64,000 nt of DNA from a virus. Lineage: Duplodnaviria; Caudoviricetes. Location: positions 1-64,000 of IMG/VR virus record IMGVR_UViG_2974623408_000001; one strand, 5' to 3'. The position numbers and the translations under genes were made by a program. This document shows, piece after piece, positions 54,828-64,000 of the stretch (positions are counted from its first letter, which is position 1; every line of letters begins with the position of its first letter). The notes beneath the pieces are model-generated. The model made no database searches. It was not told the origin of the DNA and saw only the letters and a program-made list of their open reading frames with translations.

Positions 54828-56522
54828 ATGGGTACATCACCAGACATGTACATGCCGCCGAATGCGTGGACTGGTTCAACGATCTCTGATCTACAGGATC
54901 AGACAAAAGAAAACGCAGCCACCCAAGCTAACGCTGACGTCGTGGACATGATGGACGACGTCTTTGATGCGTTGATCGACAACCTTTTCGGTGGTTTCGG
55001 GGACATCGTCCAGGCTGTCGTAGCTGGCATCAACGACTTCATTGGTGACCTTGTAGAGATCTTTACCGATGTTCTCAGTGGTGTACCTATTATTGGTGGT
55101 GCTCTCGGGGACCTAGCTGACAGTTTGTTGGGTCTAAAGGAAAATGTCGATTCCAATACTGTTGTTGTGCAGCAAACTACAACGCAGATCGAATCAGTAC
55201 AGCAGATCATTGCTGTTCAGTCTGGTATTGGTGTTTGGGAATCAGGCCCTGACCCTACAGGTATGGTGTCTTTTCCGTTTGCGTACTTAGCGACGAATTT
55301 GCCATCAATCAGCATAGAAGGCGGCTCGCACGGCCACAATATTACCGGTAGCACATCAGCTGCCACTGCTGCAGGCGATTCGCACACACACAGCAACGGT
55401 TCTTTGTCTGCGTCCAGCTCATCACACTCGCACACAGCCACAGTTACTAACTCTTTGCCTACGATCAACGCTACAACGACGTACGCGCCATGGGCGTCTG
55501 TACGATTCAGTGCGACAGCGGAACGTAAAATGCTTCGGTATATCGCCGGTAAAACTGGAACTGTCTCGTCGTTCTATATTGACTTGTATAAGCAAGAAAC
55601 AGACGGAAGTTCCACACTATTGTATTCATCTCCCGATCAGTCGGGTATCGTAGTAGGAGCGATGGCCTGGCGTGAATTGAGTCTTGGATACACGATCAAC
55701 TCTAATATTGGTGATGTATTCGAAGTACAGTTTAGATCATCAGGTACCGGTTCGATTCAAATTGCAGGAATCGATTTTCCCTACTATGCACCTATTTCAG
55801 GTTATCGACCTTACGCTCCTGGATCAGCACGTAACGCCTCGTCTACGCCAGCGCCATCGACAATCGACACAGCGACACGAGATGCGATGTACGTAGGACC
55901 TACTCCGTTCGTGTCTATCGGTATCGATCCAGGTATCGTTATCCCACGATCGCATTACATCTCATTTGACAACGGTTCATGGGCAAACTGGTACAGATTC
56001 AACGACGCCAGCGGACAGAACCTGCGTATTAATGATGGTCGTGTGGATATCCCTGCACTTTCAGCAGACGGATGGCGACACGCTGTCTATCTTCTTTCAA
56101 CTGCGTCTGACAAGATGGAAACCATCTTCGATGTACTTGGAGTCGACAACGATCGTCCCGCTGGTGGCGGTATCTGCGCCACGGCCAGCGGTCTTAATGG
56201 CTGCTTGCTTATCGTCAACAATGCCAACGTGCGTCTGATGAAGATGACAGCCGCGGGCACAATGACCACACTTGCTACAAGTACCGCGATTAAAGGCACA
56301 GGCACTTACCGCGTGCAGTACGACCCTGCTACCAACAAGTTCATCGGGTACAAGGCTAGCGGATCAACGTGGACACAAGGGATCGAGTTCACGGACTCGT
56401 CGAACACGATCACTCATGGCGCAGCGAAGCGTTTCGGAACAATTTCTATCTATCGAAACGACTTCAACAGTGGTGGTGAGATCGATAACGTCTACATTCG
56501 TGACTACGATGATGACGAGTAA
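54828..56522 (+). CDS. minor tail protein / receptor-binding candidate
   Basis: helical N-terminus, His-containing knob-like motifs (HGHNITG, HTH, HSH), beta-rich C-terminus. Confidence 0.7.
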   Translation: MGTSPDMYMPPNAWTGSTISDLQDQTKENAATQANADVVDMMDDVFDALIDNLFGGFGDIVQAVVAGINDFIGDLVEIFTDVLSGVPIIGGALGDLADSLLGLKENVDSNTVVVQQTTTQIESVQQIIAVQSGIGVWESGPDPTGMVSFPFAYLATNLPSISIEGGSHGHNITGSTSAATAAGDSHTHSNGSLSASSSSHSHTATVTNSLPTINATTTYAPWASVRFSATAERKMLRYIAGKTGTVSSFYIDLYKQETDGSSTLLYSSPDQSGIVVGAMAWRELSLGYTINSNIGDVFEVQFRSSGTGSIQIAGIDFPYYAPISGYRPYAPGSARNASSTPAPSTIDTATRDAMYVGPTPFVSIGIDPGIVIPRSHYISFDNGSWANWYRFNDASGQNLRINDGRVDIPALSADGWRHAVYLLSTASDKMETIFDVLGVDNDRPAGGGICATASGLNGCLLIVNNANVRLMKMTAAGTMTTLATSTAIKGTGTYRVQYDPATNKFIGYKASGSTWTQGIEFTDSSNTITHGAAKRFGTISIYRNDFNSGGEIDNVYIRDYDDDE

Positions 56523-56581
56523 TTGATCCAAATTGCACTTGGAAATAAGATAACAACCAGTTCCCACCGTAAGGATTAATC

Positions 56582-57016
56582 ATGGCCGTAACCGCGGGTA
56601 TCTACCCTAAGATGTTCGAGTCAGCTTTGCTCGAAGAAATCAAACTAGACACAGACACTGTTAAGGTAATGCTGTGCACCAGCGCATCGAATGCGTACTC
56701 AGGCCGCAACACCGTGAAGTACAAAGCTGACGTGACCAACGAAGTAACCGGTACAGGATACACCGCTGGTGGTGTGACACTGTCAGGTACTCGTATCTCG
56801 TCTGCGACCGGCGCTGTCTATACGTTCGACTTCAGCACCGACCCTGTTTGGACGACGTCCACAATTACTGCACGTTACGCGGTGTTCTACGACGACACCC
56901 CTACTAATAAGCCGTTGCTTGTATGGTGGGATTTTGGTCAGGATGAAATTTCCAGCTCGGGTAACTTCACACTTACCTTGTCGGCATCTGGTATCTTCAC
57001 ACTGACAGCGTCATAA
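56582..57016 (+). CDS. minor tail protein
   Basis: EV.GTGYTAGG...ARYAV.Y...DFG. Confidence 0.7.
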   Translation: MAVTAGIYPKMFESALLEEIKLDTDTVKVMLCTSASNAYSGRNTVKYKADVTNEVTGTGYTAGGVTLSGTRISSATGAVYTFDFSTDPVWTTSTITARYAVFYDDTPTNKPLLVWWDFGQDEISSSGNFTLTLSASGIFTLTAS

Positions 57017-57049
57017 TCTAGCACCAATTCTATTTCTTGAGGAGGTGCT

Positions 57050-57331
57050 ATGTACGACTGCTATAACAAAGATCCTGACGCTGTTCTTGATTACGGCCTG
57101 GAATGGGACGACTGGGTGATTGGTGGTGACACCATTGTATCTTCCTCATGGGAAGTTACAGGAACAGACTCGTCACTCGTTATTGACTCTGACTTCCAAG
57201 ATGTACTGACGACAGGTGTGTGGCTCTCAGGTGGGACTGTAGGTTCGCTATACATTCTGACAAATCATATCGAGACATCGGCCGGTAGAGAGGACGATCG
57301 CTCTTTCAGTGTCTACATAGTTGAAAGATAG
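57050..57331 (+). CDS. fibre-tail adaptor-like protein
   Basis: KDPDAVLDY...W...WLSGG...T..GR.DDRS. Confidence 0.65.
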   Translation: MYDCYNKDPDAVLDYGLEWDDWVIGGDTIVSSSWEVTGTDSSLVIDSDFQDVLTTGVWLSGGTVGSLYILTNHIETSAGREDDRSFSVYIVER

Positions 57332-57334
57332 TCC

Positions 57335-57886
57335 ATGGTCGAGTTCGAAGCGCGCGAACGGGATGTGCTACGCGATGAAAGATATCATCGCGTAGACGCT
57401 GATGTGCGTTTCAAGAAAGTGCACTTCGAAGATCGCGGAGCGTACGCTCGAATCGGCGAAATGATCGCAGGTGTACTGGCCACGGGCGTTGGCGTAGCTC
57501 ACCCAGGTACGGTCACCGCGGGTCGATCTGTCACAGTCACAGGCGTAACAGCGACAGGTGTCGGAACCGGTCATCCTGGAAACATCTCGACAAACGAAAT
57601 CATCCCTGGAACACAGGCGGTCGGCGTAGGCGTCGCACACCCCGGCACGGTCACAACGACACGCGTGGTCAACATCGCCGGTCCAGTCGCCGTGGGTGTC
57701 GGTGCCGTGGGTGCAGGTACCACTGTCGCAGCGATTCGTAACGCGTCGGTTGCTGGAAATGTGGCCACAGCGACAGCCAACGCGTTCGTCGGTGTCGCGA
57801 CAGCGATCAGAAACAAAATCGTCTCAGGAGTGGTCGCTCAAGCGGTCGCTAGCGCACCAGCGGGAGAGGTTGCAACAACTTCGTAA
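57335..57886 (+). CDS. tail fibre-like repeat protein, 5' part
   Basis: G.VA.G.G.A.PG.V repeats, cut mid-repeat by TAA 57884-57886. Confidence 0.65.
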   Translation: MVEFEARERDVLRDERYHRVDADVRFKKVHFEDRGAYARIGEMIAGVLATGVGVAHPGTVTAGRSVTVTGVTATGVGTGHPGNISTNEIIPGTQAVGVGVAHPGTVTTTRVVNIAGPVAVGVGAVGAGTTVAAIRNASVAGNVATATANAFVGVATAIRNKIVSGVVAQAVASAPAGEVATTS

Positions 57887-58868
57887 CGTCAACATCTCCG
57901 GTGTCGTAGCGACAGCCTCAGGCGTCGCTCACCCTGGTGACGTAGAAGACATGCTGCATGCCACGATTGCGGGTGTAGTAGCGAACGCTGACGGTGTGGC
58001 ACCTGCTGGAACTGTGCGTGTTTCGGACGGTGTCGCCGGTCTGCTGGCTGCAGCGATCGGTGTAGCCCCAGCAGGTACCGTACTTGCGGTTCGTAACGTG
58101 ACCCTCGGTGGAATTGTAGCCGCGGGTACAGGACAGGCTCCGGCCGGCACCGTGTCTGGTATTCGTAACCCGACGATCGCTGGTTTGATTGCTGGCGGAA
58201 TAGGTGCAGCGCCTGCAGGAACTGTTACTACCACACGCAGCACTGCAGTACCCGGTGTCGTGGCTACAGGTACTGGTACCGGCTATCCGGGAACGGTTGT
58301 TGCAGATTCTCCAGTCACCTACGACAACTCTACGTACAGTGACGGTTCAGGAACGACTAACCTAAGTCTTACTGTCGTAGCGAACTCTACTATCGTTGTT
58401 TACTCGGCTGGTTCGCAGCTCAGTGCTGCGACTGTCGACGGCAACGCGATGACTTTTGTCACTCACGGATCGTCTGGTGAGTCGACAATGTACGTGATGC
58501 ACGGAGTTTCAGCGGGATCGCACTCGATTCAGACTACGAGAAGCGGCAGCTCAGGACATATTGTTTCAGCAACTTCCTACACTAAAACTGGATCGGTAAT
58601 TACACATTCAAACGCCACAACTAGCAGCGGAACGAGCGTGACGCCTTCTGTCTCTCCTGCAGGTTCTAACGGAATTGTAGTTGGTGGATTCAACTTTGGT
58701 GCCAGCTCAGGTGAAATAGGTTCTGTTACTTCAAACGGAGACTTGAGAGTAAGATACCGACGAACTTCCGGAAACTGTCTGGGAGTATCCGACCGTTCTA
58801 GCACTCCGATAACACTGACTACGCCTTCGTCCGGAAGCTGGACTGCTATAGGAATTCGTCTAGTCTAG
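57882..58868 (+). CDS. tail fibre-like repeat protein, 3' part (+1 frame)
   Basis: same repeats resume at RNVNISGVVATASGVAHPG, then a beta-rich C-terminal domain. Confidence 0.6.
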   Translation, partial: RNVNISGVVATASGVAHPGDVEDMLHATIAGVVANADGVAPAGTVRVSDGVAGLLAAAIGVAPAGTVLAVRNVTLGGIVAAGTGQAPAGTVSGIRNPTIAGLIAGGIGAAPAGTVTTTRSTAVPGVVATGTGTGYPGTVVADSPVTYDNSTYSDGSGTTNLSLTVVANSTIVVYSAGSQLSAATVDGNAMTFVTHGSSGESTMYVMHGVSAGSHSIQTTRSGSSGHIVSATSYTKTGSVITHSNATTSSGTSVTPSVSPAGSNGIVVGGFNFGASSGEIGSVTSNGDLRVRYRRTSGNCLGVSDRSSTPITLTTPSSGSWTAIGIRLV

Positions 58869-58932
58869 TAAAGATGCTGTAGCAGTTTGGTAAACGTACA
58901 GTAATTCTGTACTACTTTCATTGGAGACATTC

Positions 58933-59997
58933 ATGGCTGATCCAATTTGGCTCGCCGACGTTTTACGTGCAGCTGGACTACGATGTGAAATCTATCCAGG
59001 AGCGTTCAACAACGGTCACGGCGACTTCGGAAATATATGGGGTGTCGTCGCACATCACACAGGCAGCAACAACGCGTCAGCTGGTTCGATCGCGCGACAC
59101 CCGTCCCTGGGTCTTGCATCCCAGCTACACTTATCACGTTCAGGTGTCTACACACTCTGCGGTGTCGGTATCGCGTGGCACGCGGGCAGCGGTTCATGGC
59201 CTGGACTACCAACCAACGGAGCAAACCAGTACACCATCGGTATCGAGGCAGCCAACGACGGAACATCAGGCTGGCCAGCAGCGCAGTACGACGCATACGT
59301 CCGTGGTGTAGCAGCGATTCTCCGACGACTTGGGCACAACGAGTCACGTGTGATCGGCCACAAGGAATGGGGCAAGGTCCAGGGTAAGTGGGACCCCGGA
59401 GGCATCGACATGAATCGATTCCGCGCGGACGTCAAACGCCACTTGTCCGGTGCTGCAGCGCCAGCACCGAAGCCCGTCAATCTGATCGACCAGTACGCTG
59501 CGGACAAGAAGAACGCGTGGATTGGCAAGCGCGTCAATCCAGCCAAACTGAGTGTCGAGAAGGTGTGTCCTGACGGTAAGGGACGCTGGGTCGAGTACGA
59601 GAATGCTCACCTGTACTACCACCCATCCGAGGGCGTACACGCTATTCCACATGCTGACCCTGCCATTACAGGTTCAGGGTTGTTTGAGACTTGGGGCAAA
59701 GACTACCGCTGGGAGGGTGGACCGCTCGGGTATCCTGTGCGCGACTTCACCAAGCTACCTGACGGCGCGGTGCAGTCGTTCCAGGGAGGAGTTCTGTACC
59801 GAAAGGACGGAGCTTCACAGGGGTTCTACGTCACCGGAAAGATTGGTGATCGTTGGGCTTCCGAAGGATACGAGAAGGGACCACTCGGTTACCCTGTCTC
59901 GAATGAATACCCGTACGATAAGGTTGGCAGACGCCAGGACTTTGAGCACGGTTCACTATTGCACCACCCATCCGGCGCAATCAAAGTAGAAAGGTAA
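58933..59997 (+). CDS. lysA: lysin A: N-acetylmuramoyl-L-alanine amidase + LGFP repeats
   Basis: VAHHTG, AWHAG, IGIE, GHKEW, KWDPG; two GPLGYPV repeats. Confidence 0.9.
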   Translation: MADPIWLADVLRAAGLRCEIYPGAFNNGHGDFGNIWGVVAHHTGSNNASAGSIARHPSLGLASQLHLSRSGVYTLCGVGIAWHAGSGSWPGLPTNGANQYTIGIEAANDGTSGWPAAQYDAYVRGVAAILRRLGHNESRVIGHKEWGKVQGKWDPGGIDMNRFRADVKRHLSGAAAPAPKPVNLIDQYAADKKNAWIGKRVNPAKLSVEKVCPDGKGRWVEYENAHLYYHPSEGVHAIPHADPAITGSGLFETWGKDYRWEGGPLGYPVRDFTKLPDGAVQSFQGGVLYRKDGASQGFYVTGKIGDRWASEGYEKGPLGYPVSNEYPYDKVGRRQDFEHGSLLHHPSGAIKVER

Positions 59998-60002
59998 GAA
60001 CA

Positions 60003-60236
60003 ATGGGCGTTTTCGGTTACAAAGTATCTGAAATCCGTAAGGCAGTTGTCTCTGTTCTCGGCTTCGCAATCATTCTGATTACGTCGCTTGGATCGGAGTT
60101 CGGCGCGTGGTTCTCGAACGACACTGCCTTGACTATCAACTCGGTTGTCGGATTCCTGACAGCTGTATCGGTGTATCTCGTGAAGAACGAGAAGACTATC
60201 GATGCTCTTGACGGTGTAAACGTTCACCGTAGATAG
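60003..60236 (+). CDS. holin
   Basis: 2 TM, RKAVV...LTA..VYLVKN, directly after lysin. Confidence 0.75.
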   Translation: MGVFGYKVSEIRKAVVSVLGFAIILITSLGSEFGAWFSNDTALTINSVVGFLTAVSVYLVKNEKTIDALDGVNVHRR

Positions 60237-60238
60237 TC

Positions 60239-60676
60239 ATGAATATAGATCAGGCCAGACGTAAAGTAGAAGCCGCGGAAGAATTCATCCACGGCTCTAC
60301 TCTGGTTCTTTCATTGTTCCAGATTGTCTACGGTCTGATCCTGATATTCAAGGGCACCGGGTTATGGACTGCTGATATCTACAGGGTAGCAGCGTCCGTA
60401 CCTGGTGCTCCCACGTCCTGGGGAATTGTCAGTGTACTCCTAGGAGTTATGCTCTACATTACGCAACGAAAGAAGTATTATAGGCTAATCAAATGGACGT
60501 GTAGAGGGTCCGCAGTGTGGGCGATGTGGTTAGCAATTGCGTTTACGATTAGTGGCTTCACAACGGAAGATCAAGAATACGACTGGACGAGTGCAACCCC
60601 ACTAGCTGTGTACAGCACTTTCGCTCTACTGTTCATCCTTAGAGAACGTTTAGCGAGAGCATGGGAGACGTCATGA
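60239..60676 (+). CDS. 4-TM membrane protein (lysis cassette)
   Basis: hydropathy and position. Confidence 0.7.
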   Translation: MNIDQARRKVEAAEEFIHGSTLVLSLFQIVYGLILIFKGTGLWTADIYRVAASVPGAPTSWGIVSVLLGVMLYITQRKKYYRLIKWTCRGSAVWAMWLAIAFTISGFTTEDQEYDWTSATPLAVYSTFALLFILRERLARAWETS

Positions 60677-61158
60677 GAACACCCTGGTCTGATTACGTCG
60701 ACCGACGCGATGGATTAAGCAAGCACGACAGACATTTTCGAAAAGTAAGTTCGGGTAGCTATCCGTACTACCGTCTTAGTGCTCTCTTGCTTGTTCTTTC
60801 GGCATTGATTCAATTTCACAAAGTACCTGCCAGTGTTGAACAGATCATGCCGGAGTACTTCTATTACGTGAACCCGGCTCTCCAGCTATTGGCTGGTGTA
60901 TTGATCGCCGCTGGACTATACTACAGACGAGACATCATCGGACTGTACATTGAACGGTCAGGTGTTGTCTTCGGTGCCACAAGCATGCTGGTGTACAACT
61001 GGATCGTGTTCAAGTATCAAGGATTCCCATCGGCACCTGGCGTGTGGCTGACGATCGCGTTCGGGCTGTACTGCGTATATCGTTTCTTTGAAAGCACGCG
61101 CGACATCAGAAACTTGGAGCGTATAGCGGAGCAGATTAAAGCAGAAAAAGAGGCGTAA
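60673..61158 (+). CDS. 4-TM membrane protein (lysis cassette)
   Basis: hydropathy, ATGA overlap. Confidence 0.7.
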   Translation: MRTPWSDYVDRRDGLSKHDRHFRKVSSGSYPYYRLSALLLVLSALIQFHKVPASVEQIMPEYFYYVNPALQLLAGVLIAAGLYYRRDIIGLYIERSGVVFGATSMLVYNWIVFKYQGFPSAPGVWLTIAFGLYCVYRFFESTRDIRNLERIAEQIKAEKEA

Positions 61159-61535
61159 TGAACGGCGCAGCCCTAATACAATTCATTGCAGCCATTGGTG
61201 GTTCGGCGGGTTTAGCCACACTCATTTCTGTTATCGCTTCACGTCGCAAGAACTCGGCTGAAGTAGCTGAGATTTGGAACAGACTAACCAAGGATGCTCT
61301 CGAACGCGAAGAGAAAAGCAAGAACGAGATTCGTGCAGAGCTTGAGGCCATGCGTCGCGAACGCGACGACATCAAAGCACAGTTAAAGTCGAACGAACAG
61401 CAAGTTCGTACCTGCGGTCACAAGTACGACAGGTTGGCCGGTCTAACACGGCGCTTGATACTAGAGATGCCTAACGAAACGAAGAGAGCTGAGTACGAAG
61501 CGGCTCTCAAGTTTATTGATGACTCAGTGGCGTAA
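61158..61535 (+). CDS. N-terminal TM + coiled-coil lysis protein
   Basis: single TM then heptads. Confidence 0.7.
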   Translation: MNGAALIQFIAAIGGSAGLATLISVIASRRKNSAEVAEIWNRLTKDALEREEKSKNEIRAELEAMRRERDDIKAQLKSNEQQVRTCGHKYDRLAGLTRRLILEMPNETKRAEYEAALKFIDDSVA

Positions 61536-61734
61536 CGTCGACCCATTCCCAGGCTCCACCCATGAACGCTTCGTCCACGTCGATACCTTCGACTGGACGA
61601 TAGCGGTACTCAGTGGCCCATTGACGTCCACATTGTGGGCACACCCAGGGTTTTGCGTGCCACATCATGAGAAACCACCTCGGACGCTGTGGGCACGGTG
61701 TCTCTGAGGTGCAGAGACGTCTCTTAAACATCAT
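61513..61734 (-). CDS. small zinc-binding protein
   Basis: WVCPQCGRQW. Confidence 0.55.
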   Translation of the reverse strand: MMFKRRLCTSETPCPQRPRWFLMMWHAKPWVCPQCGRQWATEYRYRPVEGIDVDEAFMGGAWEWVDVTPLSHQ

Positions 61735-61831
61735 CGTCGCCTTTGGCTACTACTCGTATGACAACCGACAACGCTGTGAGCACCACGAGTGCACACAGCG
61801 TTATCAGCAGTCCTAGTTCAGGAACAGTCAT
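61724..61831 (-). CDS. 35 aa single-TM micropeptide
   Basis: MTVPELGLLITLCALVVLTALSVVIRVVAKGDDDV; ATGA overlap. Confidence 0.55.
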   Translation of the reverse strand: MTVPELGLLITLCALVVLTALSVVIRVVAKGDDDV

Positions 61832-62157
61832 GTGATCCGGATGGTTGTAGACACTGACGGTTCTTTGTTGTACTGATCGTACGGCAGATCGGGATGATCG
61901 GCACGCAGTTTCTTCCAGTCGGTCCCGGTTACGAGTGATTCGTACACGGTCCCGAGTACTTGCTCGCCCTTCTTCAGCACCACGTCATGGTCGTCACCGA
62001 TGAGGTCGAGCAGGACGTCCTTGGCCGTCTCTTCCTCAGATGTGAGTCGCTTTTTCTCGTCCCGTATTTCACGGATGCGAGCGATCGCGTCCTCCATCTC
62101 CGGTGTGACCTGAACCGCTGCGCGGTCGATGTTCTTGTCAGAAGGGGGCTTCGTCAT
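61828..62157 (-). CDS. coiled-coil hypothetical protein
   Basis: ggagg RBS; D.KKLRADHPD..YDQY. Confidence 0.65.
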   Translation of the reverse strand: MTKPPSDKNIDRAAVQVTPEMEDAIARIREIRDEKKRLTSEEETAKDVLLDLIGDDHDVVLKKGEQVLGTVYESLVTGTDWKKLRADHPDLPYDQYNKEPSVSTTIRIT

Positions 62158-62371
62158 CGTCATCCTCCACACCCAGCAAATCCCCGAGTCGATCGGTTTC
62201 CTCAGCCATGATGTCACGAACGTGCTCGCTGATGAGACCAGTCTCCTCCAGTCTCAGGTACGCCAGCGCAACGGCTGACAACACCTTGAACATGTGCTCG
62301 TTGCCTGCGTCTCTGTTGACTTGTTCGACGAAATCGGAATCCTTGACTCCGACGTCCACCAAACTGGTCAT
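62138..62371 (-). CDS. hypothetical protein
   Basis: start MTSLVD at ATGA overlap. Confidence 0.6.
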   Translation of the reverse strand: MTSLVDVGVKDSDFVEQVNRDAGNEHMFKVLSAVALAYLRLEETGLISEHVRDIMAEETDRLGDLLGVEDDDDEAPF

Positions 62372-64000
62372 ACTCGTCCTCCTCGTGCGTTGCTGATGGC
62401 TTGCTTGATCGCTGTGGCTACACGGTTGACGTGATGCTCGACGAAATCGTTCGTGTTCGCCCGGTCCTGATCCAGATCGATCTGGACGTGTGCGGCCCCC
62501 GGAGGACACACCAGCAGATTGTTCCACTTCTGGTTCTTGGGTTCGCGTGTGATCCACACGACCGCGACGCCTGCTTGGTTCAACCGTCGCACCCATTCGG
62601 TGGCGCGTCCCTGCTCGCCTCTCATGACGAAGAAACCGTCAGTGATGACGAACAACAATCGTACGCCGCGTCCGCCGATCAGGTTCAGCATGACATCGAG
62701 TGTACCGATACCCTGGTCGAACGACTCGTGACCCTGATGCGCAGGAATCTCGATGCGATCTGTCGGGAATTCTCCGGGACGGAGCGTGGGTACGACGACT
62801 TCACCGAAGGCGACCGTCGCAACGCGACCGTTGACCTCGTGGACCGCGCGTGAGAGCACCCACGACAGGGTCGAGCTGAAGTGTGTTGCCCATCCCTGCG
62901 AACCGGACACGTCCGTGGCGACACCAACGGTCAACGGCGGGTTCAAATCCACCGTGGTCTTGTTGCGCTTCCACGGTTCGCTGGTCGGGATGCGACCGGT
63001 GCTTCGCTCCGCCGCACGCTGGACCGCAGCGCGTCCGCGCATACGACCCGGAGGTACGGTCGAGTTCACCTTAAACTTGTCGCGACCGATCAGCGAAAGC
63101 TTCTCCAGCTCACGCGCCAGTTTCTGAGCGATGCGCACCTCACGGGTGTTCACCTTCATTTTCTTGGCGCTGGAGTACCGCCACGATTCCTTCTCGTCCT
63201 TGAGCGTCTTGGCCATGGACACACGCGATGGTGTCGGTCCGGCCGGGTCCCAGTCGGTCTCGGCATTCGGGTCCTGGATCGCCTTACCGATCGCCTTGTC
63301 GACCGCGTCGGACAGAGCTTTGGTCCAGTCGGGTGTGCCGTAGCGTTCGCTGGACTTGACGGACATCGGACCACCATGCTTGTCCTTGCTGTCGCCCTTA
63401 CCGACACCCGCTTTGCCTTCGATCACACCACCCTTCTCATCGGTGGGATCGATCGCGATGCTCGAGATTTTACCCTCGCCGCAGGTGCAGGACTTACCCG
63501 AGCCCTCACCTTCGCCACCTTCGCCTTCGCCTTCGCCGGCTCCCTTGCCCTTGCCCTCGCCTTCTCCTTCGCCTTCCCCGTCTTCACCCTCGCCGCTTCC
63601 ACCTTCACCGTGGACAGGGCATTCACCCTCGCCTTCGCCTCCGCCGCCTCCGGGACGTTCCTCCTCCGGAAACAGTTCCTTCCAGCGGTCGACGCAGTCG
63701 ATGGCTTCCTTACCACCGTCGGCGTTGACGTCAGGGATGGCGACGTAGTCCTTCCAGATTTGTTTCATCGCCAGCAGCTTGGGCTTGGTCACGATGTCCT
63801 CGACCATCGACTCAACCTTGGTCAGCTCGTACGGCAACAGCGTACGGGTCTGAGCACGGCCGAGCATGAGTGTCGAGTTGAGTGCGATGGCAGCCGCGTC
63901 GATCTCACCGCCGTGTTCGCCAGCGTCCATGGCTTTGGACATGTCCGCAGCGAACCGGACAGGGTCGACGACGATCGGTAGAGCGATGCGCAGGAACCGA
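62368..64000 (-). CDS. VWA-domain (CobT-like) protein, probably 5'-truncated by the window
   Basis: MIDAS DVSGS, VITDG; G/E-rich linker. Confidence 0.8.
   Translation of the reverse strand, partial: RFLRIALPIVVDPVRFAADMSKAMDAGEHGGEIDAAAIALNSTLMLGRAQTRTLLPYELTKVESMVEDIVTKPKLLAMKQIWKDYVAIPDVNADGGKEAIDCVDRWKELFPEEERPGGGGGEGEGECPVHGEGGSGEGEDGEGEGEGEGKGKGAGEGEGEGGEGEGSGKSCTCGEGKISSIAIDPTDEKGGVIEGKAGVGKGDSKDKHGGPMSVKSSERYGTPDWTKALSDAVDKAIGKAIQDPNAETDWDPAGPTPSRVSMAKTLKDEKESWRYSSAKKMKVNTREVRIAQKLARELEKLSLIGRDKFKVNSTVPPGRMRGRAAVQRAAERSTGRIPTSEPWKRNKTTVDLNPPLTVGVATDVSGSQGWATHFSSTLSWVLSRAVHEVNGRVATVAFGEVVVPTLRPGEFPTDRIEIPAHQGHESFDQGIGTLDVMLNLIGGRGVRLLFVITDGFFVMRGEQGRATEWVRRLNQAGVAVVWITREPKNQKWNNLLVCPPGAAHVQIDLDQDRANTNDFVEHHVNRVATAIKQAISNARGGRV

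Noticed and set aside
62881-63981. 366 aa plus-strand ORF
   Set aside because: Antisense shadow of the VWA gene.
1-64000. tRNA, tmRNA or rRNA genes
   Set aside because: No cloverleaf with a T-loop consensus found by eye in the intergenic gaps; tRNAscan-SE/Aragorn would be needed to exclude them formally.

Overview
This 64 kb window is most of a tailed (siphovirus-type) phage genome. The host is almost certainly an actinobacterium with a mycolic-acid envelope (Gordonia/Rhodococcus/Mycobacterium-like), inferred from LGFP repeats in the amidase lysin, a DUF2744-like tail gene and many leaderless genes. Layout: (1) 1-2.5 kb holds a low-GC GIY-YIG gene and a candidate small terminase. (2) 2.5-7.5 kb is a set of small-gene cassettes, each with a copy of one promoter (TTGCG(C/T/A)-17 nt-TA(C/G/T)G(A/G)T, often inside a stem-loop), most followed by a shared leader/RBS. 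(3) 7.66-13.71 kb is the standout: a leftward, largely translationally coupled array of 24 small genes. 21 of them are highly diverged paralogues of one 60-95 aa fold with a His (exactly residue 13 in 16 copies)...CxC...His signature, and a further copy sits next to the large terminase. (4) 13.8-20.5 kb holds rightward accessory genes (macro domain, HNH, a paralogue pair). (5) 20.5-58.9 kb is the virion module: terminase, portal, a 1479 aa kinase-like/ParB-like/ART-like multidomain protein, protease, capsid, two glycosyltransferases, a tail chaperone with a -1 slippery site, tape measure, minor tails and a tail-fibre-like gene split by a +1 frame change. (6) The lysis cassette and the 3' part of a leftward operon with a VWA protein close the window. 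I saw no tRNA, rRNA, CRISPR array, integrase or reverse transcriptase. All assignments come from motif reading and synteny; no database search was run.
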